Assembly: GCA_036259055.1 (NCBI GenBank) | Contig: DATACM010000356.1 | Span: 1-48,014, forward strand | From: Acidimicrobiales bacterium | GTDB lineage: Bacteria; Actinomycetota; Acidimicrobiia; Acidimicrobiales; AC-14 | Direction of reading: 5' to 3' | DNA: 48,014 bases | In this document: positions 32,181 through 40,200 of the stretch, in pieces | How positions within the stretch are numbered: position 1 is the stretch's first letter | Layout: each line of letters begins with the position of its first letter | Position numbers and translations under genes: made by a program | Notes under the pieces: model-generated | The model's input: only the letters and a program-made list of their open reading frames with translations | Database searches by the model: none | Told to the model about the DNA's origin: nothing

Positions 32181-32639
32181 GTGCGGATCTCGGCCAAGGT
32201 CGACTACGCCGTCCGGGCCCTCACCGAGCTGGCGGCCGCCGGCGACGGACCGGTCAAGGGCCAGGACATCGCCGCCCGCCAGGGGGTCTCGGTGAACTTC
32301 CTCGAGAACATCCTGAGCGACCTTCGCCGGGCCGGGCTGGTGGGCAGCCAGCGGGGCTCGGTCGGCGGGTACTGGCTCGCCGTCCCGGCCGACACCATCA
32401 CCATCGCCGACGTCATCCGCACGGTCGAGGGTCCCCTCGCCGACGTGCGGGGCGAGGCCCTCGAGGACCTCGACTACGCGGGGCCGGCGGAGGCCCTGCG
32501 TGACGTGTGGGTCGCGACGCGCGCCAGCCTGCGGGCGGTGCTCGAGGCCGTCACCATCGCCGACGTCGCCAACCACGAGCTGCCCTCGGTGGTGCGGCGC
32601 CTCACCCGCTCAGCCGACGCCTGGGTCAGGAGGTCGTGA
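32181..32639 (+). CDS. Rrf2 family transcriptional regulator (cysteine-free)
   Basis: 'MRISAKVDYAVRALTELA...GQDIAARQGVSVNFLENILSDLRRAGLVGSQRGSVGGYWL'. There is no Cys anywhere in the 152 aa. Confidence 0.85.
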   Translation: MRISAKVDYAVRALTELAAAGDGPVKGQDIAARQGVSVNFLENILSDLRRAGLVGSQRGSVGGYWLAVPADTITIADVIRTVEGPLADVRGEALEDLDYAGPAEALRDVWVATRASLRAVLEAVTIADVANHELPSVVRRLTRSADAWVRRS

Positions 32640-32661
32640 GGGTCGAACCGGCGGTGTCTAC

Positions 32662-33795
32662 TCAGGAGATCCGCAGCTCCGGGCGGGAGATCCGGCCGGG
32701 GCCCATCTCGACCACCCGGCGGGCGAGGGCGTCGAAGGCCTGGGACGCCTCGCTCGTGGGGTCGGCGACGGTGACCGGCTCGCCCACGTCGCCTCCCTCC
32801 CGCAGGGCCGTCACCAACGGGATCTGGGCGAGCAGGGGGACGCCGAGGCTGTCGGCGAGCAGCTGGCCCCCGCCCGAGCCGAAGATCGGGTAGCGCTTGC
32901 CGTCGTCACCCGTGAACCAGCTCATGTTCTCGACCACGCCACGCACCGCCAAGTTGACCTTGCGGGCCATGAGGGCGGAGCGCTGGGCCACCCGCTGGGC
33001 CGCCGGCTGCGGCGTCGTGACCACCAACATCTCCGACCGGGGCAGGAACTGGGCCATCGACAGGGCGACGTCGCCGGTGCCGGGGGGCATGTCGACGAGG
33101 AGGAACGCCGGGTCGCCCCAGAGGACGTCGGTGAGGAACTGCTCGAGGGCCTTGTGCAGCATGGGCCCCCGCCAGATGACGGGCTGGTCGTCGCCCACGA
33201 AGAACCCGGTGGAGATCACCTTCACGCCGTGGGCCACCGGGGGGACGATCATCCCGTCGATCACGACCGGCTCGTGGCCGATGCCGAGCATCTTGGGGAC
33301 CGAGAACCCGTAGACGTCGGCGTCGAGGACGGCCACCTCGCGGCCCAGCCGGGCCAGGGCGACGGCCAGGTTGACGGTGACCGACGACTTGCCCACGCCG
33401 CCCTTCCCCGACGACAGGCCGAGCACCCGCGTGCGCGAGGCGGGGTCGGAGAAGGGGTTCGGCGGCGCCGTCCCCGGCCCGTGCTGGTGGCCGGCGGCGG
33501 GACCACCGGGACCCCCGTGGAGGCGCTGGCGGAGGGCGGCCCGCTCCTCGTCCGACATCACGGTGAGGTCGACCTCGACCTCGCGCACGCCTTCCAGAGG
33601 CTGGACCGCCCGGGTGACCCGATCGGTGATCTCGGTCCGCAGCGGGCACCCGGCAACGGTGAGGGCGACGGTGACGCCGACCCGGCCGTCGTCGACCCGG
33701 ACCTGGCGCACCATGTCGAGATCGACGATGCTGCGCTGCAGCTCCGGGTCCTGTACCGGCCGGAGGGCATCGAGCACCTGGGCTTCGGTGGGCAT
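32662..33795 (-). CDS. mrp: Mrp/ApbC-type Fe-S cluster carrier ATPase with N-terminal DUF59/MIP18 domain
   Basis: 'DPELQRSIVDLDMVR', deviant P-loop 'SGKGGVGKSSVTVNLA', 'DADVYGFS', 'VDMPPGTGD'. Confidence 0.9.
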   Translation of the reverse strand: MPTEAQVLDALRPVQDPELQRSIVDLDMVRQVRVDDGRVGVTVALTVAGCPLRTEITDRVTRAVQPLEGVREVEVDLTVMSDEERAALRQRLHGGPGGPAAGHQHGPGTAPPNPFSDPASRTRVLGLSSGKGGVGKSSVTVNLAVALARLGREVAVLDADVYGFSVPKMLGIGHEPVVIDGMIVPPVAHGVKVISTGFFVGDDQPVIWRGPMLHKALEQFLTDVLWGDPAFLLVDMPPGTGDVALSMAQFLPRSEMLVVTTPQPAAQRVAQRSALMARKVNLAVRGVVENMSWFTGDDGKRYPIFGSGGGQLLADSLGVPLLAQIPLVTALREGGDVGEPVTVADPTSEASQAFDALARRVVEMGPGRISRPELRIS

Positions 33796-33844
33796 GGCGG
33801 CAGCGGCCTCCGATTTCTCCTATCCGAATAGTTACAATACCGAC

Positions 33845-34570
33845 GTGGAGCACGCTCCCCTGACGCCGCCCCTCACGGCGGACGAGTTCGCCGCCGCCGT
33901 CACGGCGGTGACCTCGGCCTTCGGAGACCCCACTCGGCGGGAGATCTACGTGTTCGCCCACGGCGCCCAGCGGGGAGTGACCGCCGCCGAGGTGGCCGAG
34001 CGGTTCGACCTCCACCCGAACGTGGCCCGCCACCACCTCGACAAGCTGGCCGCCGGCGGCTACCTCGAGGTGGCCGTGGAGCGGCACTCGCCCGCGGCCG
34101 GCGCCGGGCGGCCCTCCAAGCGCTACCGGGCCAGCGACAAGGAGATGGGGCTCGAGTTCCCCGCCCGCCGCGACGACCTCCTCGTGAAGCTGCTCGGGCG
34201 TGCTCTCGCCCTGGTGCCCCGGGAGGCGGCCGAGGCCATGGCCGAGGAGGTGGGCATCGAGTACGGGCGCTCGCTGGCGGCGTCGATGTCCCCGTCGCAG
34301 GGCCACCGGTCGCTCCAGGTGGCGCTGCACGCGGTGGCCGACGCCCTCACCGCCCACGGGTTCGCCGCCCACACCGACGCCCGGGGTGGGTCGCTCGCGA
34401 TCATCGCCGAGCAGTGCCCGTTCGGCACCGCCGCCGAGCAACACCCGGTCATCTGCGCGGTCGACCGGGGCATCGTGAAGGGCATGCTCTCGTCGCTCTA
34501 CGGCGACACCGTGCCCGAGACCTCGGCCTCCCGCCCCCAGGGCGACGAGGTCTGCGTCACGCTCGTCTGA
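33845..34570 (+). CDS. ArsR/SufR-like winged-helix regulator with C-terminal Cys motif (start uncertain)
   Basis: 'FGDPTRREIYVFAHG...VTAAEVAERFDLHPNVARHHLDKLAAGGYLE' is the HTH. The C-terminal part has 'CPFGTAAEQHPVIC' (C-x12-C) plus 'EVCVTLV'. I prefer GTG 33845 to ATG 33794, which would overlap the mrp start. Confidence 0.65.
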   Translation: MEHAPLTPPLTADEFAAAVTAVTSAFGDPTRREIYVFAHGAQRGVTAAEVAERFDLHPNVARHHLDKLAAGGYLEVAVERHSPAAGAGRPSKRYRASDKEMGLEFPARRDDLLVKLLGRALALVPREAAEAMAEEVGIEYGRSLAASMSPSQGHRSLQVALHAVADALTAHGFAAHTDARGGSLAIIAEQCPFGTAAEQHPVICAVDRGIVKGMLSSLYGDTVPETSASRPQGDEVCVTLV

Positions 34571-34587
34571 TCCGCGACGCGGCCGCC

Positions 34588-35709
34588 GTGGCCCGCCACT
34601 ACCTCGACCACGCCTCCACCTCGCCGGCGCGTCCCGAGGTGGTGGAGGCCATGCTCCCGTGGCTGGCGTCCGCCGCCGACCCGGGGCGGGTGCACACCGA
34701 GGGCCGCCTGGCCCGCATGGCGGTGGAGGAGGCCCGCGAGCAGGTCGCCGGCCTCCTCGGCGCCCGGCCCCGGGAGGTGGTGTTCACGAGCGGCGCCACC
34801 GAGGCGGTGGCCGCCGCCGTCCACGGCGCCACCGAGCGCCGGAGCCACGTGGTGTGCCCGGCGGTCGAGCACTCCGCCGTGCGCGAGGCCTCGTCCCGCC
34901 ACGAGGTGACGCTGGTGGGCGTCGACGGCCAGGGCCGGGTCGATCCCGACGAGCTGCTGGGGGCGGTGCGTCCGGCGGAGACCGCCCTGGTGCACCTCCA
35001 GTGGGCGAACCACGAGGTGGCGACCCTGCAGCCGGTCGCCGAGGCGGTGGCGGGCTGCCGCGAGCGCGGCGTGCTCGTCCACGTCGACGCCGCCGCCGCC
35101 GCCGGCCACGTCCCCGTCGACTTCGCCGTCCTCGGCGCCGACCTGCTGTCGGTGAGCGCCCACAAGCTCGGCGGTCCCCCGGGCGTCGGCGCCCTGCTCG
35201 TGCGCCGGGGCCTGCGCCTGCGCCCCCTGCTGGTGGGCGGCGACCAGGAGCGGGCCCGCCGGGCCGGCACGGAGAACGTCGCCGGCATCGTCGGCTTCGG
35301 CGCCGCCACCAACCTGCTGGCGACGGGCAACCACCTCGACGCCGAGGCGGGCGCCTGCCGGGCCCTCACCGAGCGGGCCCTGGCCGCTGCCACCGCGGTG
35401 GAAGGGGTCGTCGCCTACGGCGACCCCGCCGCCCGGGTGCCCCACATCGTCTGCGTGGGCGTCGTCGGCGTCGAGGCCGAGGCGGTGCTGTTGGGCCTCG
35501 ACCAGGCGGGCATCGCCGCCCACTCGGGCAGCGCCTGCGCCTCGGAGTCGCTGGCGCCTTCGCCGGTGCTGGAGGCCATGGGCGTCGACGCCCAGCGGTC
35601 GCTGCGGGTCTCGGTCGGCTGGTCGACCACCGACGCCGACGTGGACGTCTTCGCCGAGGCCTTCCCCGTGGTCGTGGCCCGGCTGCACGCCCTCGCCGCT
35701 CGCGTCTGA
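34588..35709 (+). CDS. cysteine desulfurase (class V aminotransferase, NifS/IscS-like)
   Basis: 'YLDHASTSP', PLP Lys 'SAHKLGGPPGVGAL', active-site loop 'HSGSACAS'. The start is GTG 34588 (alternative CTG 34567). Confidence 0.85.
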   Translation: MARHYLDHASTSPARPEVVEAMLPWLASAADPGRVHTEGRLARMAVEEAREQVAGLLGARPREVVFTSGATEAVAAAVHGATERRSHVVCPAVEHSAVREASSRHEVTLVGVDGQGRVDPDELLGAVRPAETALVHLQWANHEVATLQPVAEAVAGCRERGVLVHVDAAAAAGHVPVDFAVLGADLLSVSAHKLGGPPGVGALLVRRGLRLRPLLVGGDQERARRAGTENVAGIVGFGAATNLLATGNHLDAEAGACRALTERALAAATAVEGVVAYGDPAARVPHIVCVGVVGVEAEAVLLGLDQAGIAAHSGSACASESLAPSPVLEAMGVDAQRSLRVSVGWSTTDADVDVFAEAFPVVVARLHALAARV

Positions 35710-35846
35710 CCCCGCCTCAAGGTGTGAGGACCAGGGGTCGAGGGAAAAGGGAGAAAAGCTGATCGACTTAGTCAGATTTGGTGGTAGCTTGTCGACCGTG
35801 GACCCCCGCGCCCCGAGCTCGTGACGTCGCCCAGGAGGTCGTGCCC

Positions 35847-37619
35847 ATGGCCATGACCCGCGAGATCAGCGCCGCCGCCCGGAAGGACATCGAGAAGTTC
35901 GAGGAGCAGCTCGCCCGGTACCTGGCCGGCGAGCTCGAGGAGGACGTCTTCCGGGTCTTCCGGCTCAACAACGGCATCTACGGCCAGCGCCAGGGCGGCC
36001 ACAACCAGATGGTGCGGGTGAAGGTCCCCTACGGGTCGCTCGACCCCGACCAGCTCGAGATGCTGGGCCACGTCGCCGACACGTACAGCCGAGGGTGGGG
36101 GCACATCACCACCCGCCAGAACATCCAGTTCCACTTCGTGCAGCTCGAGCGCGTCCCGGAGGTGCTCCGCGACCTGGCCAGCGTCGGGCTCACCACCCGG
36201 GAGGCGTGCGGCGACACGGTCCGCAACGTCACCGGCTGCTTCCTCGCCGGCGCCTGCCCCTTCGAGGTGCTCGACATCAGCCCCTGGGCCGAGGCGACGT
36301 TCCGCCACTTCCTCCACAACCCGATCGCCCAGCGCCTGCCGCGGAAGTTCAAGATCAACTTCTCGGGGTGCGCCACCGACTGCGGTCAGGCCATGTTCAA
36401 CGACATCGGCGTGATCGCCGTCAGCCGCCCCCGGGAGGACGGCACTCTGGAACCGGGGTTCCGGGTGTTCTTCGCCGGTGGGCTGGGGGCCAACCCCCAC
36501 CCCGCCCAGGCCCTCGAGGAGTTCACGCCCCGCGAGGAGCTGATGCCCACCGTCGAGGCGATCCTGCGGGTCTTCGACCATCACGGCAACCGCGACAACA
36601 AGCTCCGGGCCCGCATGAAGTGGCTGGTCGACACCATGGGCGTCGACGAGGTGCGCGAACGCATCCTCAAGGAGCGCCGGTTCCTCTTGGCCAGCTCCTC
36701 GTGGCCGGGCGGGCTGCCGGAGACGGTGAAGGAGGCGGGCGACGCTCCCGCCGGCGTCAGCACCGCGGTGGACGCCACTCCCGTCGGCACTCCTGTCACC
36801 CTGCGCCTCCAGAGGCACGATCCCTACTCCGACTGGGAGCGGGTCAACGTCGTGCGGGGCGCCGCCAAGGGAACCGTGTCGGCGCTCGCCTACGCCCGCC
36901 TGGGTGACGTCACCTCCGCCCAGTTCCGGGCGGTGGCGGCCATCCAGCGCGAGCTCAGGGTGGAGGTGCGCGTCACCAACCGCCAGAACCTCGTCTTCCG
37001 CGACCTCACCGAGGACCAGCTCCCCGAGCTGCACCGGCGGCTGGCCGCCATCGGCATGGCCGAGCCGGGCGCCGAGCTGGCCCGCGACGTGGTCGCCTGC
37101 CCCGGCGCCGACACCTGCAACCTGGCCGTCACCCAGAGCCGGGGCCTGGCCGACGACATCGGCCGCGCCCTCGAGGAGGCGGGGCTGGCCGAGGTCGGAG
37201 GGGTGCGCATCAACATCTCCGGCTGCACGAACTCCTGCGGCCAGCACCACATCTCCGACATCGGGTTCTTCGGGGTCGAGCGCCGGGCCCACGGGCAGGC
37301 CGCCCCCGGCTACCAGATGCTCCTGGGGGGGCACGTCGGCCAGACCCAGGTCGAGTTCGGCGACAAGGCCCTCCGACTGCCCGCCAAGAACGTCAGCCAG
37401 GCGGTCGTCAAGGTCGTCGGCCGCTTCGCCGGCGAGCGGGCGGCGGGCGAGACCTTCATCGACTGGCTCGAACGGTCCGGGGGGGCGCGCGCCATCGGCG
37501 CCGACCTGGCCGACCTCGACGCCTTCCCGACCCCCGAGGAGGGCCCCGAGTACTACGTCGACTACGACGAGACCGGCCCCTACGCCAAGAGCATCGGAGC
37601 TTCGGAGTGCGCCACATGA
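35847..37619 (+). CDS. sirA: ferredoxin-dependent sulfite reductase (siroheme/[4Fe-4S], NirA/SirA type)
   Basis: ATG 35847 follows AGGAGG. 'GHITTRQNIQFHFV', 'TTREACGDTVRNVTGC' and 'SGCTNSCGQHHISDIGF'. It is directly coupled to cysH, as in M. tuberculosis sirA-cysH. Confidence 0.9.
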   Translation: MAMTREISAAARKDIEKFEEQLARYLAGELEEDVFRVFRLNNGIYGQRQGGHNQMVRVKVPYGSLDPDQLEMLGHVADTYSRGWGHITTRQNIQFHFVQLERVPEVLRDLASVGLTTREACGDTVRNVTGCFLAGACPFEVLDISPWAEATFRHFLHNPIAQRLPRKFKINFSGCATDCGQAMFNDIGVIAVSRPREDGTLEPGFRVFFAGGLGANPHPAQALEEFTPREELMPTVEAILRVFDHHGNRDNKLRARMKWLVDTMGVDEVRERILKERRFLLASSSWPGGLPETVKEAGDAPAGVSTAVDATPVGTPVTLRLQRHDPYSDWERVNVVRGAAKGTVSALAYARLGDVTSAQFRAVAAIQRELRVEVRVTNRQNLVFRDLTEDQLPELHRRLAAIGMAEPGAELARDVVACPGADTCNLAVTQSRGLADDIGRALEEAGLAEVGGVRINISGCTNSCGQHHISDIGFFGVERRAHGQAAPGYQMLLGGHVGQTQVEFGDKALRLPAKNVSQAVVKVVGRFAGERAAGETFIDWLERSGGARAIGADLADLDAFPTPEEGPEYYVDYDETGPYAKSIGASECAT

Positions 37620-38320
37620 GCAGCTTCACCGACACCGACGTGGCCGCCGAGGCCGCCGACCTCCCTGATCCCGCCGAGCTGGCCGCCGTCTCGGCTCGCT
37701 TCGAGGAGGCCCATCCCAGCACGATCATCGCCTGGGCGGCGGAGCAGTTCGGCGACGGCCTCATCGTGGCCTCCTCCTTCGAGGACGCCGTGCTCGTGCA
37801 CCTGGCCTCGTCGGTGAAGCCCGACATCGAGGTGCTGTTCCTCGACACCCAGTACCACTTCGCCGAGACCCTGTGGTTCGTCGAGGAGGTCCGCTCCCGG
37901 TACCGGCTGAACCTGACGGTCGTGAAGCCCCTCGTCGAGCCCGACAACCTCTGGCAGCGCGACCTCGAGGGGTGCTGCCAACTGCGCAAGGTGGAGCCGC
38001 TCGCCCGCGGGCTGGCAGGCAAGTCGGCGTGGATCACCGGCCTCAAGCGGGTCGACGCGCCCACCCGGGCCAACACCCCCATCGTGGCCTGGGACGCACC
38101 CCGCTCGATGGTGAAGGTCAACCCCCTGGCCACCTGGACCAACGAGGACATCGCCGCCTACGCCGCCGACAACGAGCTGCCGGTCAACCCCCTCGCCGAG
38201 CGTGGCTACCCGTCGGTGGGCTGCTGGCCGTGCACCCGCCCGGTGGCGCCCGGCGAGGACCCCCGCTCAGGCCGCTGGGCGGGCACCTCCAAGACGGAGT
38301 GCGGCCTGCACCGCTCCTGA
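37616..38320 (+). CDS. cysH: adenylyl-sulfate (APS)/PAPS reductase, Fe-S type
   Basis: Its ATG overlaps the sirA stop (ATGA). 'FLDTQYHFAET', 'CCQLRKVEPL', 'GCWPCT', 'KTECGLH'. Confidence 0.9.
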   Translation: MSSFTDTDVAAEAADLPDPAELAAVSARFEEAHPSTIIAWAAEQFGDGLIVASSFEDAVLVHLASSVKPDIEVLFLDTQYHFAETLWFVEEVRSRYRLNLTVVKPLVEPDNLWQRDLEGCCQLRKVEPLARGLAGKSAWITGLKRVDAPTRANTPIVAWDAPRSMVKVNPLATWTNEDIAAYAADNELPVNPLAERGYPSVGCWPCTRPVAPGEDPRSGRWAGTSKTECGLHRS

Positions 38321-38357
38321 GGGCCCGACGGCGCCGGCGAGGGGGGCCGGCCGCTGC

Positions 38358-38693
38358 TTACCCCGACGCCGGAGCCCGGTTGGTGAAGTCGGGCGGGGGG
38401 ACGAACGAGATCGACCGCACGAGGGGGCGGACTTCGTCGGGCAGGGCGTCGACGGGGAGCTCGCGGCCGCCGTCGTCGACGGTGACCGAGGCGATCAGTC
38501 CCTCCTCGACCACCAGCTTGCGGCCGAAGAACTCCTCGAACAGCGACTTGGCCGCGCCGATGGAGAAGCTGGTCTGGAAGGGGGCGTGCACCTCGAACCC
38601 GGCCTTGGTGAGGAAGGACTTGGTCTGGGCGGTCGCCTGGTTGTCGTGCAGGCCGGGCGCACCGGCCGCCTCCCGCTCGCCGGCGTCGGCCAT
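38358..38693 (-). CDS. hypothetical protein (111 aa)
   Basis: ATG 38693. 'TKSFLTKAGFEVHAPFQTSFSIGAAKSLFEEFFGRKLVVEEGLIASVTVDDGGRELPVD' is a compact alpha/beta-looking domain with good GC3. The RBS is weak. No family recognised. Confidence 0.45.
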   Translation of the reverse strand: MADAGEREAAGAPGLHDNQATAQTKSFLTKAGFEVHAPFQTSFSIGAAKSLFEEFFGRKLVVEEGLIASVTVDDGGRELPVDALPDEVRPLVRSISFVPPPDFTNRAPASG

Positions 38694-38755
38694 CTGCACC
38701 ACTGCCGAAACAGTGGGGTCGGCCCGGTCGTCGGTTGCCACGAAGGTCCAGCCTA

Positions 38756-38783
38756 CTAGGGCCGGATCTTGATCCGGCCCTAG
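38756..38783 (-). terminator. perfect 13-bp-arm palindrome overlapping the DyP stop codon
   Basis: CTAGGGCCGGATC-tt-GATCCGGCCCTAG. The minus-strand TAG stop (38780-38782) lies inside one arm. It is the strongest hairpin seen in the window. Confidence 0.55.
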
Positions 38784-40186
38784 CGGTCGGTAGGCGCCTC
38801 TCCGGCCAGGTGGTGCAGGGCGCGGATGCCCGGAAGGAAGAAATAGGCCCCGCCCCGCACGGTGACGAAGTTGGCGATCCCGTGGTAGCGCCGGCGCACG
38901 GGCATCCCCTGCACGGTGAACACGCCGCCGTCGTCGGGCTGGGTACCCGAGACGGGGTCGGCCTCGTCGTAGAGGCCGCCGAACTTGGTGTTGTTGCACC
39001 AGTGGTGCTGGACGAACTCGAACTGCCGCTCGATGTTGGCGTTCAGGCAGATGAAGAACAGGCCCCGGTCGGCGCCGTCGTCGCCCGCCAAGGGGTCCTC
39101 GAGCCCCGGGCCGTACACCCGGCCCCGCCGCACGATGCGGTGGAGGTTCGAGAGCTCCAGGTTGCGGGCGGGCTTGGCGTCGCCGAAGTCCCGAGGGTTC
39201 GAGCGGCGGATGTGCGACCCGATGGGGCAGCGGAAGCCGTGAGGGTCCCACTCGGCGTAGCCGAAGCTGTTGTCGGCCCCGAGGTCGGGGTCGTCGCGGT
39301 GGGGTGCCCGCACCAGCGGCGCCCCGCTCGGCCACCGCCCCACGCACTTGGCGGCCAGCTTCACCCGGGCCTCCTCGTCACCGCCGGTCGTGCGGTCGAG
39401 GTACTGCCAGAAGCCGGCCACGTCCTGGTGGAGGTGGCGGAAGACGAGGTAGGTGCCGTTGCGGCCGAACTCCCACGGCCGGGGCGTCCCGAGACCTGCC
39501 TTCGGGACCGGGGTGACCTTGCCGTACCCGTTGGCATAGCCCAGAACGAACTCGCCGGTGGCGATGACCGTGCGGCGGGCGTCGTCGCCGCTGAGCTTGC
39601 CCTCCTGGCCGCTCCCCTCGATGACCGGCTGGGACATCCCGTCGGCGAACCCGAAGTGCTCGACGCCGAACTTCCCGACGTTCACCTTGCCCGGCAGGCG
39701 CTCGGGGTCGAGCCGGCGGATCAGCCGCAACCCCTCCAGACGCTCGGGCCCCAGCTCCTCCCCCACCAAGGCATCGAACTCCTCGGGACCGCGGGCGTAG
39801 AGCAGGAGGAGCACGTGGAGGTCCTCGTCGGGCCGGGCGCCCCACTCCCAGTAGGACGGGTCGCTCTGCCCTGAGTCCCCGAGGACGCGGGACCGGTGGG
39901 GGACGGCCATCCCCTCCTGGAAGGGCACGGAGAACGTGCGCAGGTCGTCCTCGGCCATCCCGAGCGCCCGCAGCCCGGCGCAGGTGAAGGCGACGTTGAT
40001 GCAATGGCGGTCGGCTGAGCGGACCGCGTTGGTGACCCGCGCCGCCAGGCCGCCCAGCCAGCGCCGCGCCCCCTCCGGATCGGTCACCGCGAGCAAGGCG
40101 AAGGTGGCGTGGCCCATCTTGCCGTAGCCGCTCACCACGAAGCCCTGGACGTCGTCGCGCTCGAGCTCGCCGTCGGCGGCCGCCAT
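38780..40186 (-). CDS. DyP-type (dye-decolorizing) haem peroxidase
   Basis: ATG 40186 follows GAAGGGGGAAGG. 'DDVQGFVVSGY', 'HFGFADGMSQP' (GxxDG motif), proximal His 'CPIGSHIRRSNPRD', 'RRGRVYG', 'GLFFICLNANIERQFEFVQ'. Confidence 0.85.
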   Translation of the reverse strand: MAAADGELERDDVQGFVVSGYGKMGHATFALLAVTDPEGARRWLGGLAARVTNAVRSADRHCINVAFTCAGLRALGMAEDDLRTFSVPFQEGMAVPHRSRVLGDSGQSDPSYWEWGARPDEDLHVLLLLYARGPEEFDALVGEELGPERLEGLRLIRRLDPERLPGKVNVGKFGVEHFGFADGMSQPVIEGSGQEGKLSGDDARRTVIATGEFVLGYANGYGKVTPVPKAGLGTPRPWEFGRNGTYLVFRHLHQDVAGFWQYLDRTTGGDEEARVKLAAKCVGRWPSGAPLVRAPHRDDPDLGADNSFGYAEWDPHGFRCPIGSHIRRSNPRDFGDAKPARNLELSNLHRIVRRGRVYGPGLEDPLAGDDGADRGLFFICLNANIERQFEFVQHHWCNNTKFGGLYDEADPVSGTQPDDGGVFTVQGMPVRRRYHGIANFVTVRGGAYFFLPGIRALHHLAGEAPTDR

Positions 40187-40200
40187 CGCCTTCCCCCTTC

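Noticed and set aside
33794-33844. ATG 33794 as the start of the HTH regulator
   Set aside because: It would overlap the mrp start codon back to back and would translate the AT-rich promoter spacer ('SDFSYPNSYNTD'). GTG 33845 is more plausible, but the start remains uncertain.
35772-37334. 520-aa antisense ORF opposite sirA, plus similar antisense ORFs opposite the DAG kinase (20463..21656), the unknown 460-aa gene (40420..41643), the P450s (41733..42896, 42963..43973) and the desulfurase (34498..35688)
   Set aside because: The opposite strands carry unambiguous enzyme motifs. The antisense translations are G/A/R/D/V-rich low-complexity sequence, as expected for GC-rich shadow frames.
38780-40186. 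DyP as encapsulin cargo
   Set aside because: The window has no encapsulin shell gene. The DyP C-terminus ('...LHHLAGEAPTDR') lacks the short Gly/Ser/Leu/Ile-rich targeting peptide typical of encapsulated DyPs.
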